DNA of 61,876 nt, filler included, from Sphacelaria rigidula (taxonomy: Eukaryota), in the NCBI GenBank assembly GCA_964200075.2. It is 5 parts of 5 records of this genome, joined end to end, with 100 filler letters (N's around TTAATTAATTAA, not from the genome) between each part and the next. Parts side by side here need not be neighbours in the genome. Positions count along the whole stretch, not along the records: positions 37,189 to 49,483 come from CAXNAA020003913.1; positions 49,584 to 61,876 come from CAXNAA020003914.1; 3 more parts are not named here. One strand, given 5' to 3'. The notes beneath the pieces are model-generated. The model made no database searches, was not told the DNA's origin, and saw only the letters and a program-made list of their open reading frames with translations. The position numbers were made by a program, and so were the translations under genes. Of the stretch, positions 37,686 to 51,994 are shown piece after piece (positions within the stretch are counted from its first letter, which is position 1; every line of letters starts with the position of its first letter).

Positions 37686-40600
37686 GCCACTGTTCGCGAG
37701 CGCACCCAAGCGGTGGAGAAGTTGTCGGCATCGGAGGCTGAGACTGGACGGTTACATCTTGAGCTAGCAGCCGCTCGTACTGCCGCCGCGGACAAGCAGG
37801 CAAGCGTGATCGCAGAGTTTTTCATGTGGATGTCTTGTCTCGGTTCGACTGTCACTGATCAATTTGTTTTGAATCAGGAGTGACGATGATTTCGCCGCGT
37901 GCCAACGACAACCCCACTCTATCCATTCATTTGCTCTTGACCTTCCCGACTCGCGCCGAGGTTGAACCTGCAACGGGATATACACCATCGTTGTTGCAAC
38001 CTTGTTCGCGTATTCGCGACGGTTCAAGTCAGCGATCTGAACGAAGTTTTGTAGGCGGCCTGTTCATTTTTTTTTTTGCATTTGTAGTTCTTCGCCTGGG
38101 ATTAATGTTAATTAGCCCTTTCAATTCTCTCATCATTTTGTTTTGTCCCTTTTTTTCAAGTTTTACTTCAGCGATGGTTTCCGTTTTCAACTTTGCGTAC
38201 GTCTGTCTTGATTTCACAGTTGTATTCGTTGCGAATCAGTGAATTTGCGACAATTAATCGATCAATCGGTCAATAATGGCATCATCTGCGCGGCGTTTTA
38301 GTTGCCTTTTTTCACCAAACCAAGGGCAAGATAACGATTGAGTTCGCCGCCCTTTTCGTTTCGTGCTAAAAAAAGCCACCCTATTTGGATGTATTGCCCC
38401 CGTGTACAAAATCAAAGCAGAAGATCATAAGTGAGCACCCCGAAGTAGCCGAGACCTTGCGAGCGGCGGAAGCAGAGCTAGGCGAGCTGAAAGCGAGCCT
38501 TGCTGTTGCGCGCCAAGGGTTGGAGAGAGAACGCCAACGCGTTGATCAAGAGACACGGCGAGCGGAGAGCCTGTGCAAAGAATTGCAAGCAAGTGAAACG
38601 AGACGCAAGGCCCAGGAGGATGACATTTCTCTCGCGAGGAACCAGGTTGAGGCTTGTGCATAGTGTCTCGTGAAACTTACATGTTTCCTTCTATCGTTGA
38701 ATCATCTGTAATGATGACATGATGTATTCGGCCATACTTTCTCGTGAAGAACCCCACCCCCCCGCGCGCGCGCAGAAGTTTGGTCGTGTTAGTTTATTGT
38801 CGATGCCCCCAAATACTCAATTTTGAAAGAAAACCTATCGTACCATTTTTTTCACAGTATTAAAGGACTTACTGTGACTGCTGCAGCATCCAAACCGTCG
38901 CAGCTTGAAAACGTTGCGATCTGCACCGCCTGCACAAGTCCGCAGTACGTTGTCTGCAAAGGACAGCATAGTGCTTTACCGTACAGTGCAGTATGACACA
39001 GGACGGCATGGGACAGTTGTCCAGTAGGTACTGCCGTACCTGGTGCAATAGTGGCTTACACAAGTCTAAGATCTCCTCACTGACAGAGACTATCCTCACC
39101 TCGTAGTTTGGCTGATCAAGAATTTGCACAGCACGCACGAGTACGTGATATCCCATGTACCGCGTGGTCTGCGCTCGATGGTTCGTACCGCACAGGTAGG
39201 TGCTGCAGTATATAATTGGAAGTAGAAAGATTGCACAAGCCGAGGACCCCTCTCTCGGCTGGCAGTGACTGCTCTCGCGTTACAGTTTGCCCGGTGAGTG
39301 GTCTGCACAGTGTGGGTAGATGTTCAAGTCCCGCTGCGGTTCAATTGGTGAATAAGGACCAATGTACACCGAATTTGATGGAGAAATGACCAGCAGTACA
39401 CGAGACTAGAAAGTACTCTTTAACGCCTTCACCAGTGTGAGAAAAACAACGTCTAAGGATGAACATGGTGTGCACAGTCACTGAGCTCGTATGGAAACTT
39501 CCTCGTCATATTTCTCCACTTTCCATTGACAAACCCGTGTCTACGTCCTTGTCTCGACGTTAGTGGGACAATCTCATACTCGTGCGATTTTTCCCAGGTC
39601 TTGAGTTTAGTTTTTTCTCCTTTTTCTCATGAATTGTCTGCTTTAATTCGATACGGATGGGCTTGTTCGAAAGCTGCGGCTAGAGGCGGTTAGAAAATCC
39701 CCATCTTACCTTTTGGGGAGTATAGAGATGGGCCACGGAATTTCCATATTTCAGATTAACCCTTCAGAAATCCACCCTTTCATTCCGTCCCCGTGCCAGA
39801 CGCCTCATTATCTCGAGCCCCGACAGCTCCGACAAGGAAGAAAAGATGGAAACAGAAAAGACCGACGGCAACCATTGTCACGGCGGATGGTCACAGAAGA
39901 ATTCACCAGCATGAGTCATGCGCGCACCAAAAATGCCACCCCGGTGCGGTCGGATTACTTTTGTTCAATGGCGGGACGCAACGGGTCAAGTTTGTTCAAG
40001 TTTGGGCATACAACCAAAACCAATACTTGCGTGTCTATAGTCTATACAAACAAAAATCGGCACCACCTAGTTATTTCCTATATACTGAGTCCCGTGCGGC
40101 ACTGGGGCACTTTTTTCTACGGGTCTGAAAAACACGGCTCGGGCTAATAGTTGTGCGTGGAAGCTGTAAATACTCAACCGTATGTCGTTAAGAAAAAACA
40201 GCACCTCGAAATCCACGCTTTTCCATCGCCAGTACCAGAAAGGTTAATTTGGCCTACTCTTTCGGTCAGATTTACGACCATCCCGAAACTCCTTACCGGA
40301 TAAGATGGAGTTTTTCTAAACGCCTCTCACCACAGCTTTCCAGCAAGCCTATCCACGTTGAAATCGGACTAGCAACCTATGAAAAATATTCGAGACGTCT
40401 CTGGGGAGGATCACAGGTCATTCCACTGCATGAAAAACAGAATCAGACTTGTGTGTGAGCCCACAGGAGTCTTAGTTTAATCGGCATGCTAAAAATGTGT
40501 GATGGCGACCGCGGGCTGCTGGTTCGTTCACGCTTCCCGTGTGCGGAAATGTGTTATCTTTGCCCTTTCCAACGCACAGGTGGCCAAGTTAGCCGCGCAG

Positions 40601-43600
40601 ATTGAGAAGGAAAAAAACGAAACGCGGACGGAAATAGTGGCCGCTGCTAGGCAAGACATAGCTGCGGCAACAGAGCGAGAAGGAACGCTTCGCGCGACCC
40701 TTGACAAAGCGGAGAGCGATCTCCAGGCCTCGCGCCAACGCGAACGAGAAGCCTTGGACAAAGTTGTGGATCTCAAGACAGAGCTTGCAGTCGGACGTAA
40801 CGGGTTGGAGCAAACAGAAACCGCTCTGGCCGGAGCCCTCGAGCGGGCTCGTGTTGCTGAGGTCACCGCACGCTCTCTCGCTCAAAAACGCGACAGCGTC
40901 GCGCGAGAGCAATTGGCCGAAGTCGCGGAGGCCGCCAGGCAAGATAAGGAGACGCTTAAGCGGGAACTCGTGGCGGCACAGACACACGCTGCCGGAGTTC
41001 GTGCCGAAAACGGAAGGCTGGCCGCGGAGCTCGAACGGGTGTCGGCCACACGGTCGAATTCGGCGGCGGCCGCGGTTGCGGCGGCCGGCGGCGGTGGCGG
41101 CAGCGGTGATGGTAACGGGTTAGCCGATGTGTCGACGGCGGTGGTAGCTGCAGCAGCCGAGGCGGCCGTAGCGGAAGCGGCAGAGGCAGCCGCCAAGAGT
41201 GCAGTTGCTACCGCTTTAGAAATGCGTACGGAGCTCGAGAACCGTCTGGTGCTGGCGCAAGCCGAAGCCACAGAGGCGCGCACCGAGGTACAACGGCTGA
41301 AGTCTGATTTAAATACAGAAACGGCTGCGAGGCGCCGGAGGGAAGTTTCAGGAGGGGCTGCAATGACAGGTGATGAAGGGGATGGCCCAGGGGGAAACAG
41401 TGGCTGGGCAAGCCAGGCGCTTCGGGAAGCTTGCGCCATGATGGACAGGGTATCCTCTGCGCTAGTCGATGCTGTCGACGATCCTGGCTTCGGCTCACCT
41501 GGTGGCAGAGGCGAGAACGCTCTTGATGACCCGCGATGGGCACCTCCAATGCTAGCGCCAGCGCAAGAACGCAACAGGGGGAGAATAGCGGCGTCCAAGA
41601 GAGACCGCACCGTGAGAATACACAGGCGAAGGCGAGCGCTTTCCGTCGATAGCTTGGGGGAGGGAGGAGGCGAGGCTTGGTTTAGTTTAGGCAAAAATGC
41701 TACTGACGTAGAGGCTTGGCGAGATGGTGAGAGTTCATCGAGGGACATGGGACGTGTGTGCTCTGAGCGCTTGCGCTTTTCGGCGGCTCGGTTGTTGGCT
41801 GTCCGGCGGGAAGAGTGTTTGGCGGCCGACGGTCGTTTGGCGCGTCTTCGGGAGGACCTTCGAGACTCAGAAGCGCGAGAAGCGGAAACGGCGGCACGGT
41901 TAGAGGAGAGTCGCGAGGTGAAACAAATCATCCGTACGGCTTGCTCACACTTTCGTGTCTCATGCAATACCAATATTTTGCACTTGGCGCCACAGAGCGC
42001 TGGCAGAAGTAAACGTGGCAAGACTACCCTGGCTTACGTGCATTGTGTTCTCAACTCCGTGTGCGCTATCGCAACCCGGGAATGTTTTCGAGACACGAAC
42101 CAAGCCCCGACAATCTTTGGTACCCTGTTGACCGCGATCGCATGACTCACCATTCAAGCCATAACGCTAACGTGCGTCCGGTCGAATTTACGCTCTGGAT
42201 TTTCCCGCCCGCCACTGCTCGTCCCCCATCGTCCTGTGTTTTCACCCTCTGCCCCTTGCTGCGCGTACCGCCCTCCCCTCCCCCGGGAACTCCAACAGCT
42301 CAGCCGGGAGCAGACAGGATTCGTCGAAGGCGTGTGGCAGGAGCGGCGCCGCCTCGAGGGTGAGCTCGGTGCTCGCCGAGAAGAAGTCGAGCGGCTAAGG
42401 GCGAGCGAAGATGCGGCGCGAATGGCTGCCACTGTTCTAGAAAGCCGAGTGGAAGAACTGTCGGCCGCTCTTCGCAAGGGAGTGGACAGAGCTAAGCGGG
42501 GCGATTTGCGTGACGGTTCGCGGGGCGCAGACGCCGAGCTGGCTGCAGCGGCGTCGCCGGCAGCCGCAGCTGCGGGGAATGAGGCGCGGGAAGCGGTGGA
42601 AGCGATACGGCGCCAATTAGACGACCTCCGTCGAGAAGTAGATAGGACCAAAAGGGACCAGGTGCTCAGCGAGCAGCAGCAAAATGATCAGCTACCTAGC
42701 GACCAGTCTGCTCGGAGCAGCCTCCCTGATTTGGTTGGCCACTTACATCGGCGTGTGAGGGCGCCGCGGAGCACGGGAAGTCTCCATCACGGCGCTCAGA
42801 GTGCGACGTCAACCCCTGACGCCCAGGTTTTAGGGGAGGAAGCATCGCGGGAGAAGCCGAGATGTACTGGGGATGATACAAGAGGGCAAGCTCAGGGCAT
42901 CACGGGTGCCAGGATGACCTCGGTGGTGCTGGAGGGAGAGTTCCAAAGGTTGCGAGCGAAGTATGAGAAAGCCAAGGGGCGTATTGCATCTCTGGAGGAA
43001 CAGGTGGCGGCTACGCGGCGTGCTGGAGGGCTTGCGCGGAAGGAGTTTCAGGTGTGTGATTTTTTGTGGGCACTGTGCGGATAGAGTTCGGTGTGGGTGG
43101 GAAATGGTTGCGTTTGCTGTGAGTATTCGAGAGCCAGATATGTGCATTTCATGGCCGCTAAAACTTGAGGTTTCTCAATTCTTGTGGCTTTTGTGTTCTG
43201 CAATACACGAATACCGCGCAGAGTACACTCCCCCCGCAGTTCACAGTGATGGATGACGAGGTATGTATTTGTATATATATATATATATTTATTGAAATGA
43301 TCCCGGCCCTCCCCACCCTTCATCCTCGTGTCTTACTCAGGGTGCGCTGGAGGCTCTGAAGTTGTCTCAGGCCTTGCTACTCAGGATTCAGCGAGACCGT
43401 GGATTAGACGGCGGCGGCGGCTTGAGTCGCGAGGCTCAGCCGCTATCCACGGAAAGTCATCGTACGACTGCAACTACAGTAGCAGAGTCGGCAAGTGCTT
43501 TCCCAATTGCGGCTACGATGTCTGCGCCGCCGGTGCAGGCGAAAACTGATTTGCCGTCTTCAACACAAGTGCATGAACTGACGGTGCAGGCATCCCGGCT

Positions 43601-46600
43601 GCGAGACATGAGTCGGAGCGTAAAAAGCCTTCTCCAGCTGGCCACGGGTGAGGTGGAGGGAGCGCTCGAAGCTACAAGTAACAGCGTCGAAGTGCCCCAC
43701 ACTAGTAGCAGCAGCCCTTTTCAAGGTGCCACGGTGCCGACGTCGGCGTCGGTCGTGCCGACGGCAGCGGCGGCAGCGGGAATGGTGGAGGCAGGCAGCC
43801 GCCGCGAAAAGGCTACAGCGACAACTCAAACGGAGAACGGGGTGTGGTGGGGTGGACGCGAGGTGTTGGATAAGCTGAAGGAAGAGCTTGGGATGGCCAA
43901 AACGACGACGGAGATTTTGCAACAGGAGAACGCACGCTTGGAACAAGAACTGGACCGGGCTACCGCGCAGCTTGGCGAAGTTGGAGAGATGCTGGACAGC
44001 AAGACTGCGCAGGTTTGCTTTCGGAGCGATGGCGTCGCAGGGGTTGCGTCCGTCGCTGTATACACACCATATTCTATGCGAAGTATGTGATTTGTGTGTG
44101 CTATGGTTCAATTAGGAATATTGTTTCGTTCGGGGTATTTCCCTCATATGGTTCGCACTGGGATTAAAAAATAAGCGAAAAAGCTATGCGACGCCCGCTG
44201 CGCCTTTCTATTTGCAGTAATTAGCTACCGTCTTACAGTATGTTACAGGTGTACATGACCCCTTACGTCAATTTTCTTATGGCCATCAGTGTGCCGTTGC
44301 CGGTAATTTTAACTGGCAGCGAAAGCACCAATCGTACAAATGTGTCGTCACGCGACCGCAATAGCCCAAACACCACGATATCCCTCCCTTCCCTATCCCA
44401 CGGGGACTCTTATATCATCAGGTGGTTGAGTTGGAGGCGCAGGTTAACCGAGCAGAGTCTGATCAGCGAGCAGCCAACGAATCTGTGCAGTCAGCAAACA
44501 ACCGGGTTGTCGAAGCAGAAAACTCCCAAAAAGCTCTTCGCGAAAGTCTCGAATCGAAGGATCGGGAGCTGTTGAACACCACGCGCCGACTGGACGCTGC
44601 CGTCGGCGCCGAAGCGGAGCTCAGGGGGCGCTGCGAGGAGTTAGCTCTAGCGTCGGGTGCTTTCGCAGCGGAGGTGGCTCGGCAAAAAGAAGAGAGTGCC
44701 AAGTGGCAAAAACACTCGCGATTGGCGGCTGAAAACGTGAGCGAGCTGCGGAAACGTTGCGCCGAACTTGTCAGAATGTCTGACACGTGCGCTAAACAAC
44801 GTGCTCAACTGGAGAAAGAACTGACCAGCGCGCGTGCCGAGTCGCAGGAGGTCGACGCCGATGTGGCACAGGTGCTGGATGCGTTGGCTTCGTCTGAGAA
44901 AGAGCGTCGGAGACTAGAAGGGAAATTGGAAAAGCAGGCAAAGGTAGCCGGGGACGCGCGGCGGGCCGCGAGGCTAGCAGAGGGGAAGTCGGCGGACGTG
45001 CAGAGGGACGTGGAGCGGGAACGAGCGGCACTGGTTGAGGGGGCAGGTGCAATCGAGGGAGTGATTCAACTCAGTGCATCTCGATTGAAGGAGTCGCTGG
45101 ATTCGGAAATCAAGAGGCGCATGGAGCTTGAACGAGAGAGTAAGGCACTCGCGTCGAGGGTGACCGATCTCGAAGCCGCCCTCATTTCGGCGTCCGCGGA
45201 AGTGAGAAATGGCGCAAAGCTCGCCGCCGAGCGCGGTGCCAAGCACGAAAAAGAAGTTGGGAAGCTGAACGCAGAGGCCTCTCGGCTGAGAAAGGAGTTA
45301 GGGGTGCAATCCGCAAAAGCTCGCGAGGTGGAGGAGCGAGAGGCGGAGGGCAGAAGAAAATGGGCGGAAGAGAAAGCGGGCATCAAAGAAGATGCTGCGT
45401 CGGCGATTGAGAGGGCATCGCACGCCGCCGAGGCCGAAGTTGCGAAACATGAAGCTAGACGACGGCAGTTGTTGGATAATCACGAGCGGGAATCGGATGA
45501 GGCCATTAGGCTGCGTAAGGAGGTGGAGAAAATTACCGAGGTGCTCAAGGCGGAGACGGTGCGCGCGAGCGCGGCTGGCGAGGCCTTGGCGAACGAAACA
45601 TCCCTTCGGGCTCGGGCGGTGCAAGACGCAGCTGCTCTGCGGCAAAACGTGGAAGATCTGGAGAGCGCTTTACACAAGGCACGGACTGATGCAAATATCG
45701 CCAAGGAGGCCGCACGCGTGTCTAATCGACGCGTGAAGCAGTTGCAGACTGAGATGCGGTCGGCCGTTACCATTAGCACTACCCCTTTGTCGCCGCCGGT
45801 GTTGCTGGAAGAGGCCGCCTTCGCGAGCAGAGATGGTGATAGTTCGTCTCGATGGCAACAGCCACAAGATAGATCTCGCCGTGGTGAGGGGGGAAGGGAA
45901 AGCTCGAATGTTTTTGGCTCGTTGCTGAGGGTCGGTCCGAGGGGCAGGCTAGATGAGGACGGCTACGAAACGTTTCCTGCTCTCCCTGCTGACCATGTCA
46001 ACGGCGAAGAAGCAAGTGACCACAGCAACCGCAGTATGGAGTTCGGAAATTATACTGCTGGCGGTTCGTCGTCGAAGAATTCTGTGCTGGCGGCTGGAGG
46101 CACGCCGTTATCGCCTGTGGACAAATCTCGTCACCGCCCTGTAGAACGTAATACGCATTCCGCAGCGGCAGGTATCGAGGCTGCCACCGCGACTACAAAC
46201 CGTCGATCGGGTGACGGTGGGGCAGTAAACGGTGGCCGGGAGATGGCCTCTCCCATTGCCCCAGGGTGGCCAGCAGGCGAGGGCGGTCCCGTCCCCGGCC
46301 CCGGAAATGGGGGCAGTAGCCGCGGTTCGTCATTGTCGTCATTCTATTCTAAAAAGAGCCAGAGGCGACGGTTGTCACCGCAAAGAGATGGTGGAAATGA
46401 AGGCCTCGTTCCAACCTCGACCCGCGCTGTATTATCCACCACTGGTACAGGCAGAAGAAGACGACGGGATGATAATAACCACGGCGACCACCACCTGTTA
46501 TCAGCGGCGGGAACCGATTCCAGTACTTGGAACGTTCGTACGGCGGTGGAACGGGAGTCGACGCTCTCATCCCCGGTATCATCTCGAGATCCCAGCGAGT

Positions 46601-46950
46601 CTCTCTCCTGTAGCTCGTCTCCTCATAGAATAAAAGAACCCTTCACGGCGGGTGCCGGCGTGGGTAGTGCAGGTGGTGATACTCGAAATCTGCCCCGCAG
46701 CAGCTCCGGCACAATTCCACGCGGTGGGGGCGTCGGCGGCAGCGACGGCAGCCGCGGTGGTGCAAAAAATGGAAGTCGCAAGTTGTTAGTGCGGACAGGA
46801 AGTGTGGTTGTGCGAGATTGGAAAGTGGGCCAGCAGGAGGCGTTTAGCGAGCTGGACCGTAAGGCCGCGTCGTCGTTACCTTTTGGGCATCATCACGATG
46901 GAACGGGGTGGGTTCGATCGTCTCCTGGATATCAGGGTAGTGATCGATAA
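37686..46950 (+). CDS. Very large coiled-coil protein (at least 1876 aa, 5'-incomplete) with a disordered Ser/Gly/Arg-rich C-terminus; exons 37686-37799, 38421-38645, 40580-41917, 42299-43051, 43341-44012, 44422-46950
   Basis: All junctions are phase 0 with AG acceptors and GT donors, except a probable GC donor at 37800. Glu/Ala/Arg/Leu-rich heptad-like sequence runs throughout, ending in TAA at 46948-46950. No specific family recognised. Confidence 0.8.
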
Positions 46951-47380
46951 CTGCCGCTGCCGTTTATTGTCTAGGCTTTACTATTTTTTGTTGCTATAGC
47001 TGTAGCTACTGTTGTTGCCATTGCTATCGTTACTGGGTCTGTATGTCGGAGGTTTTATGTTGTTGAATACACTCGCATTATTCCCACGTTCGTTTCATTC
47101 GTTGTGAAGTTAGCGCAACGCTGCACGTTTGTCACTCCTTTTTAGTTTCCAGAGCGTACTGTGCATGTGAATTCGGCGCTCTACGCCTCAACTTTTCTCT
47201 CTGTTACAGAGTTGTTTGTTCTGGCGTCAATTCAGTGTTATGCTTCAGTGTCGTTTGCACGCGTGATTGATGTGTGGTGTGATGTCCTGTTATCCAATGT
47301 CGTGTGATGTGACGTGGTGTAAATGCGATGTGTGATGCGGCGTCGTGTAGTGTGATGTGTGATGTGAATGTTTCACCTGT

Positions 47381-49483
47381 TGTCAAAGGACCCGCGGAAA
47401 GTGTGCGTGTACACACTCCTCAGAAAGCGGAGGTAACGGGTGCTTCGGCGCCACGTACATCATGTCTGGCAGGTGAATCCGTTTATCTGTGCGGCAGTGC
47501 TATGTTCATCGATGCTTCACCCCGTGATCATCGTAGCGGTAGCCTTTTACAGTGTGATTGTAGATTTTGAAGCCAACGAGAACTCCCCGCTGTACATTTT
47601 TTTGTGTGTCTAAGGGATAGTATGTTTGAACCGACAGGGCTACCTGGAAGGAAGGAGAAGGGAGGGAGAGGAAAGCTCCCACACTATATTTTTCAAAAAA
47701 AGATTCCGGAGGAATCCGATTGTCCAAAATTTCTGTACCAACCGGTGACGTCACCTATGTGCACATATGTTTTGGGTTTGGGTGACATTACTCGTGGGGA
47801 ATTTGTCGTATCAATTTCAGCGAGTGACGTTACCTATGTACACATCTGTTGGAATGCTTTTGGATTATGACATCAATCGTGGGGAATTTGTTGTATCAGA
47901 TTGTGCAGGGACGGGAACTTCACGGCAACGTTCTGGTGGTCGGTAGGACCCGAAGTTATAAAGTTGCCCGTATGTGGTGAGCTCAGTTTTCAGTGTGTGA
48001 ACTAGTCGTCGTAAGCGATGTCTCTACGTCGGAGATTGCTTGCTCAGGGGTGGTATTCAGCGTCCTGCTGGAATATGGCACAAGTACAGTTCCAAAAGAG
48101 ACGGTTCCAGGGTAGACAGCACAGACAGGTTGATTGTGGAGAGGGTTCCAAAGGGCCGAGGGCCGAGCTCGCCTCTAGGTGCGTCAACTGCTGACCTTGG
48201 GGACCTTCGTGGGCAAGAAATACATGAAGTAACTGTTAACGCAGCTGAAATGCCGTCAGAAGGAGTGTGGAACGTTTCAACTGACTGCTGTTGTGTGGGG
48301 GCCGCTGAGTTTGGCGCGCCCCACCCTTGTTCAGTTCTCACCAGACACCAGCTTTTGGGTTTGAAACAAGGGCATGACTGTACATTTGTAATGAATCAAT
48401 AATGAATTATCAACGACAAAGTTCTGGCCAGCTATAATCTTCCCTCCCTGCACTTCCACAAGAGCCTTCCACCCTGACTGTCCCAGCCGCTACCCTCAGC
48501 CCTTGTTGACTGAGTCACCGAGATCACCACGGATACAAGAACATACAAGTGAGAAGACAAGATTTTCTATTCCTCGAGAGCAAAATTTAGGTATCTCCCA
48601 GTTTTCGAGAACGGGTTTTGGTGGAGGGTAGGGAGTTGTCGCCGCCCCCCCGCGTTTCGGCTTGCGAGATTTCCTCGTCCCCGGGGAGGTATACTGTGTC
48701 CACGGTTGCGGGGCCTAGAGAGGGTTACTTCCGTGAGGGGGACGGGGCATGGTCGCCGGCTGCGGTGCCGGATGAATTGTTGCCGCGGCTGTTGCAGGCC
48801 GACAAGGAGCGCATGGCTCAGGCGGCAGATACTGCCGTAGGGCGGGACCACTCGTTTGCTTTCTCACTGTCGGGTACGGGGGGAGAGGCGGGTAGTGTAT
48901 CTGCGCCGCCCCCGGAGCCACTTACCGAGCGGGGTGGGGGTTAACGGCGGGTGCGGCTCGCGTTTTTACGCGGACGTATCGAGGGGTAAAGTGTCTGTTC
49001 CTCAACCGGTGGTGTGAGGGGGCCGTTTCGAAGTGTTGGCTGACTCTCATCCGGTTGGTTCTGTCGTCGAATTGCTGAAACCTCACTGATTTATTTGGGG
49101 TTTGCCAAGTCGGACTTTTCCCACCGGTCGCTGCCGTTGGTCCTCCCCCACGGGCGGTACCCCGACCTCCGAGGGCCGTACGTGCCACGGGAGTTTGGCT
49201 CGTGGCGCCCGCACCCCTACCCGCCTGTGCATCACGATCCTGAGAACCGCCCACTCGTCCACTATTATCGGCTCCGGCCCTCGCTGGTGCCGAACGACGG
49301 GCTCTCTCTGTCTTCACCCCGGCTCGGTCACGCCCCAAACCTTCGACGTGGCGGTATTTACCCTGCTCCTCGGTGAGCCCGCATTTTTGTCCAACCACTT
49401 GAAACAAGTAAGGTTCCGAGCAATGCTACGGTAGGGGTGCACTTTTTTCGCGAAATTTTGTCTGGTTCAGGGGCTCCTTACGA
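47381..49483 (+). mobile_element. Possible LTR plus 5' internal region of a second retroelement, truncated by the gap
   Basis: TG start, ~78-bp tandem duplication (47746-47900), TATA-like ttataaa near 47957, PBS-like tggtggag at 48619 and short GC-rich ORFs after it. There is no partner LTR to confirm it. Confidence 0.25.
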
Positions 49484-49583
49484 NNNNNNNNNNNNNNNNN
49501 NNNNNNNNNNNNNNNNNNNNNNNNNNNTTAATTAATTAANNNNNNNNNNNNNNNNNNNNNNNNNNNNNNNNNNNNNNNNNNNN
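49484..49583. other. Assembly gap linker (44N-TTAATTAATTAA-44N)
   Basis: Fixed 100-nt N run with a six-frame stop spacer. Confidence 0.97.
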
Positions 49584-51746
49584 TTTAGCCATTTCGACGT
49601 AGCACGCTTGGGGGGGGGGGGGTATTTGGTTGCACAAAAAAAGAGGCTCATAAGTGTGTCAGACATCCTCCCACACTTGCATTGCGCTTGAATTTTGTTC
49701 CAAACGGTGTCAGGCAGTATGGAGGAGCGTTATTGATTCACAACAAGCTTGTGCGAACGAACGTTGCTGCTTTCAACGACGATCTGACTCGAAATTTCGG
49801 CAACAAATGGCCCAAAATACCCCCCCCTCTATCGCAGGATGACTCTATCAAGGCAGGTGTGTGGAGCTTGTCCATACCTATCCTCATTACACTGGCGTTG
49901 ACTAATTGGCCGTGTCTTGCTTGGTTTTTCAGTAGTCGTTCACACGTATTCTTGTGGCCTTGTTGCCTTGTCTAGCTGTCTCTTTCTGTAGCCCACGTTT
50001 GCTGCTTCTCATTTTTGGTTCACCCTGTACTTTCCCTTTTGTTTGTAGCAGTTTTTTTTTACAATCCCTTGTTTTCATTTAGCTTTTAGAGTGCCTTCTT
50101 TTTTGCTGTGTTACAAAACTGTAGTTCTGCATCCCTTCAGTTACATTTCCGCCGCAGCCGCCACAATTGCGCCTCTCTCGCTGGCGCACTCGGTCTATGT
50201 CCTTCTCCTGCTTTGGTCGCTCCTTCCGCTGAGCCGCACTCTCGATTTGTAGTGCCCTTGCTCTATTGTCATCATCCTTTCTACCCCACATCGCTCGCCA
50301 AATATCCCGCCCAGCGCTGTGTCAGATTGCTTGTTGTAAACCCTTGCGGACGGTTGACATTTACCTTACTGGACAGATCCAGAACACGCCGCTTTTATCT
50401 TACGGCAAAAGCGACTATACATTTCTCCTTGCAGGACGTTGACACTTGTGTGCCGCTGCTGTGTCTAGAGTGCGATGTCCTCTTACTCTTCCGCTAACTG
50501 CTTACGTGTTTTACTTCAACGCTTACAACATCCACGCTTACTTTTTCGGTGCAACACCTGTGTAGTAGCAACTGCTGCTCCACCGTCGTGCAGCACTGTA
50601 GTACACATTATCTGTTCTTCCGCACATTGTCTGTTCTTCCGATTACACGATACCTTTCCCGCTTACTCACTCGTGTCGGTGCTATATTTCTGTCACTGCA
50701 CACTCCAGACCCGCTTCTCAAACTTCCCGCCGGGTATGCACTACGCGATCCACTTTTCATCTTGTGGTTGTGTATTCCGCGACGCGCATTTCATCTTATG
50801 TGTGTGTACTGGGTGATACATTTTTCATCTCTCGTGTGTGTACCACGGGACACACTTTTCTCTTTTGGTTCTGTACTGCGTGATCCCCCCTTTGGTTGTA
50901 TCCTACGTTCTCCACCTTTTTCCTCTTTGGCGCTGTACTACCTGGTTCGTTTTACGATTTCCTGTTACTTTTCAAAATTTCATATTCCCCTGTAATCCTT
51001 TCAGTTGGCACCTGATCTGCCCCAACATTTGTGTTTCAGTCGGCTGCTGCAGCTATCTCCTCTTGGACCCCTGCACTTGACCCCAGTGTTTCGCACCCTC
51101 GCTGCCGCGCTTTTGATTCTCTATCTGTATTGAATTCCACAACTATTTACTCGTCGCCTTCACCTTGGCCAAGTGATCCACACTAGGCTTGGTGTCTACT
51201 TTCGCAGTCTCGAGTTGTGTGTACCTACACTTTCTGTGTGGGGTGTCCTACTTGCACCACTGAAATACCCTTGTTCAGTGTGTACCTGGCCACTAAGTAC
51301 CCCTGTTGTATTTGACGTGCACAGTGCGCCGTCGGACATCTGTCCAAGTGTCTGCCTCCTTTCACAGTCGTCTCATTGTTAGGTTTTGCTCTTGCACCAC
51401 ACCTCTCTTGCGACAACTATTGGTTTTATCTGTAAGTTTGTTCCTTGGCGACTATTAATACCTGTGGTACACCTTCAGTGCTCCTTCCTGCGGTCCCCCA
51501 TACACGGTTTCCTCTACAGGTGTCGTATTTCTGCCGCAGTTCCTCTCTTTTCGGCGTTTAGCTTCAGTTCTTCATATTTTGCTCTGCTGTCTGCCCTTTC
51601 GGTACTTGAAAAAACAATTGCCGCGATTACGCTGATTATTATTTTCACAGCAGTCTACTGTACTTCGGTACACCCACTTTTAAAACTTTTGTAGTCTTTA
51701 CTGCTTAATTTTTTCGGTACTTACAATCTCCTGCCGAGCTACACTA

Positions 51747-51994
51747 GACTGCTGCCGCGATAGCCCCCCCCCGAACCGGCCAAAAAAGGGCACGGAGGTG
51801 ATGATCATAATTGCCTTTAGAGCTGGTTTCGTGCTGCAAGACGGGACTCATTCGGGCGTTATCGCTGATTTCGGACTGCTACAATCCTCTCATGTGGGCG
51901 AAATTGCTGCAAACGAGCCAAGAGTGGGATCGCAGCCGGTTTGTCGGACGGTCTCCGGTGCACTTCTTGTGGGGGGGCTATCTCGGCATTAGTC
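51747..51994 (+). mobile_element. MITE, 248 bp, GACT...AGTC termini, 4-bp TSD ACTA
   Basis: acta|gactgctgccgcgatagccccccc ... gggggggctatctcggcattagtc|acta. Reverse-complement homologue at 56033-56281. Confidence 0.9.

Noticed and set aside
40882..42021. 379-aa minus-strand ORF and other antisense ORFs over the coiled-coil gene, SSU72 and the Gypsy element
   Set aside because: These are shadow ORFs of GC-rich coding sequence with no independent motifs.
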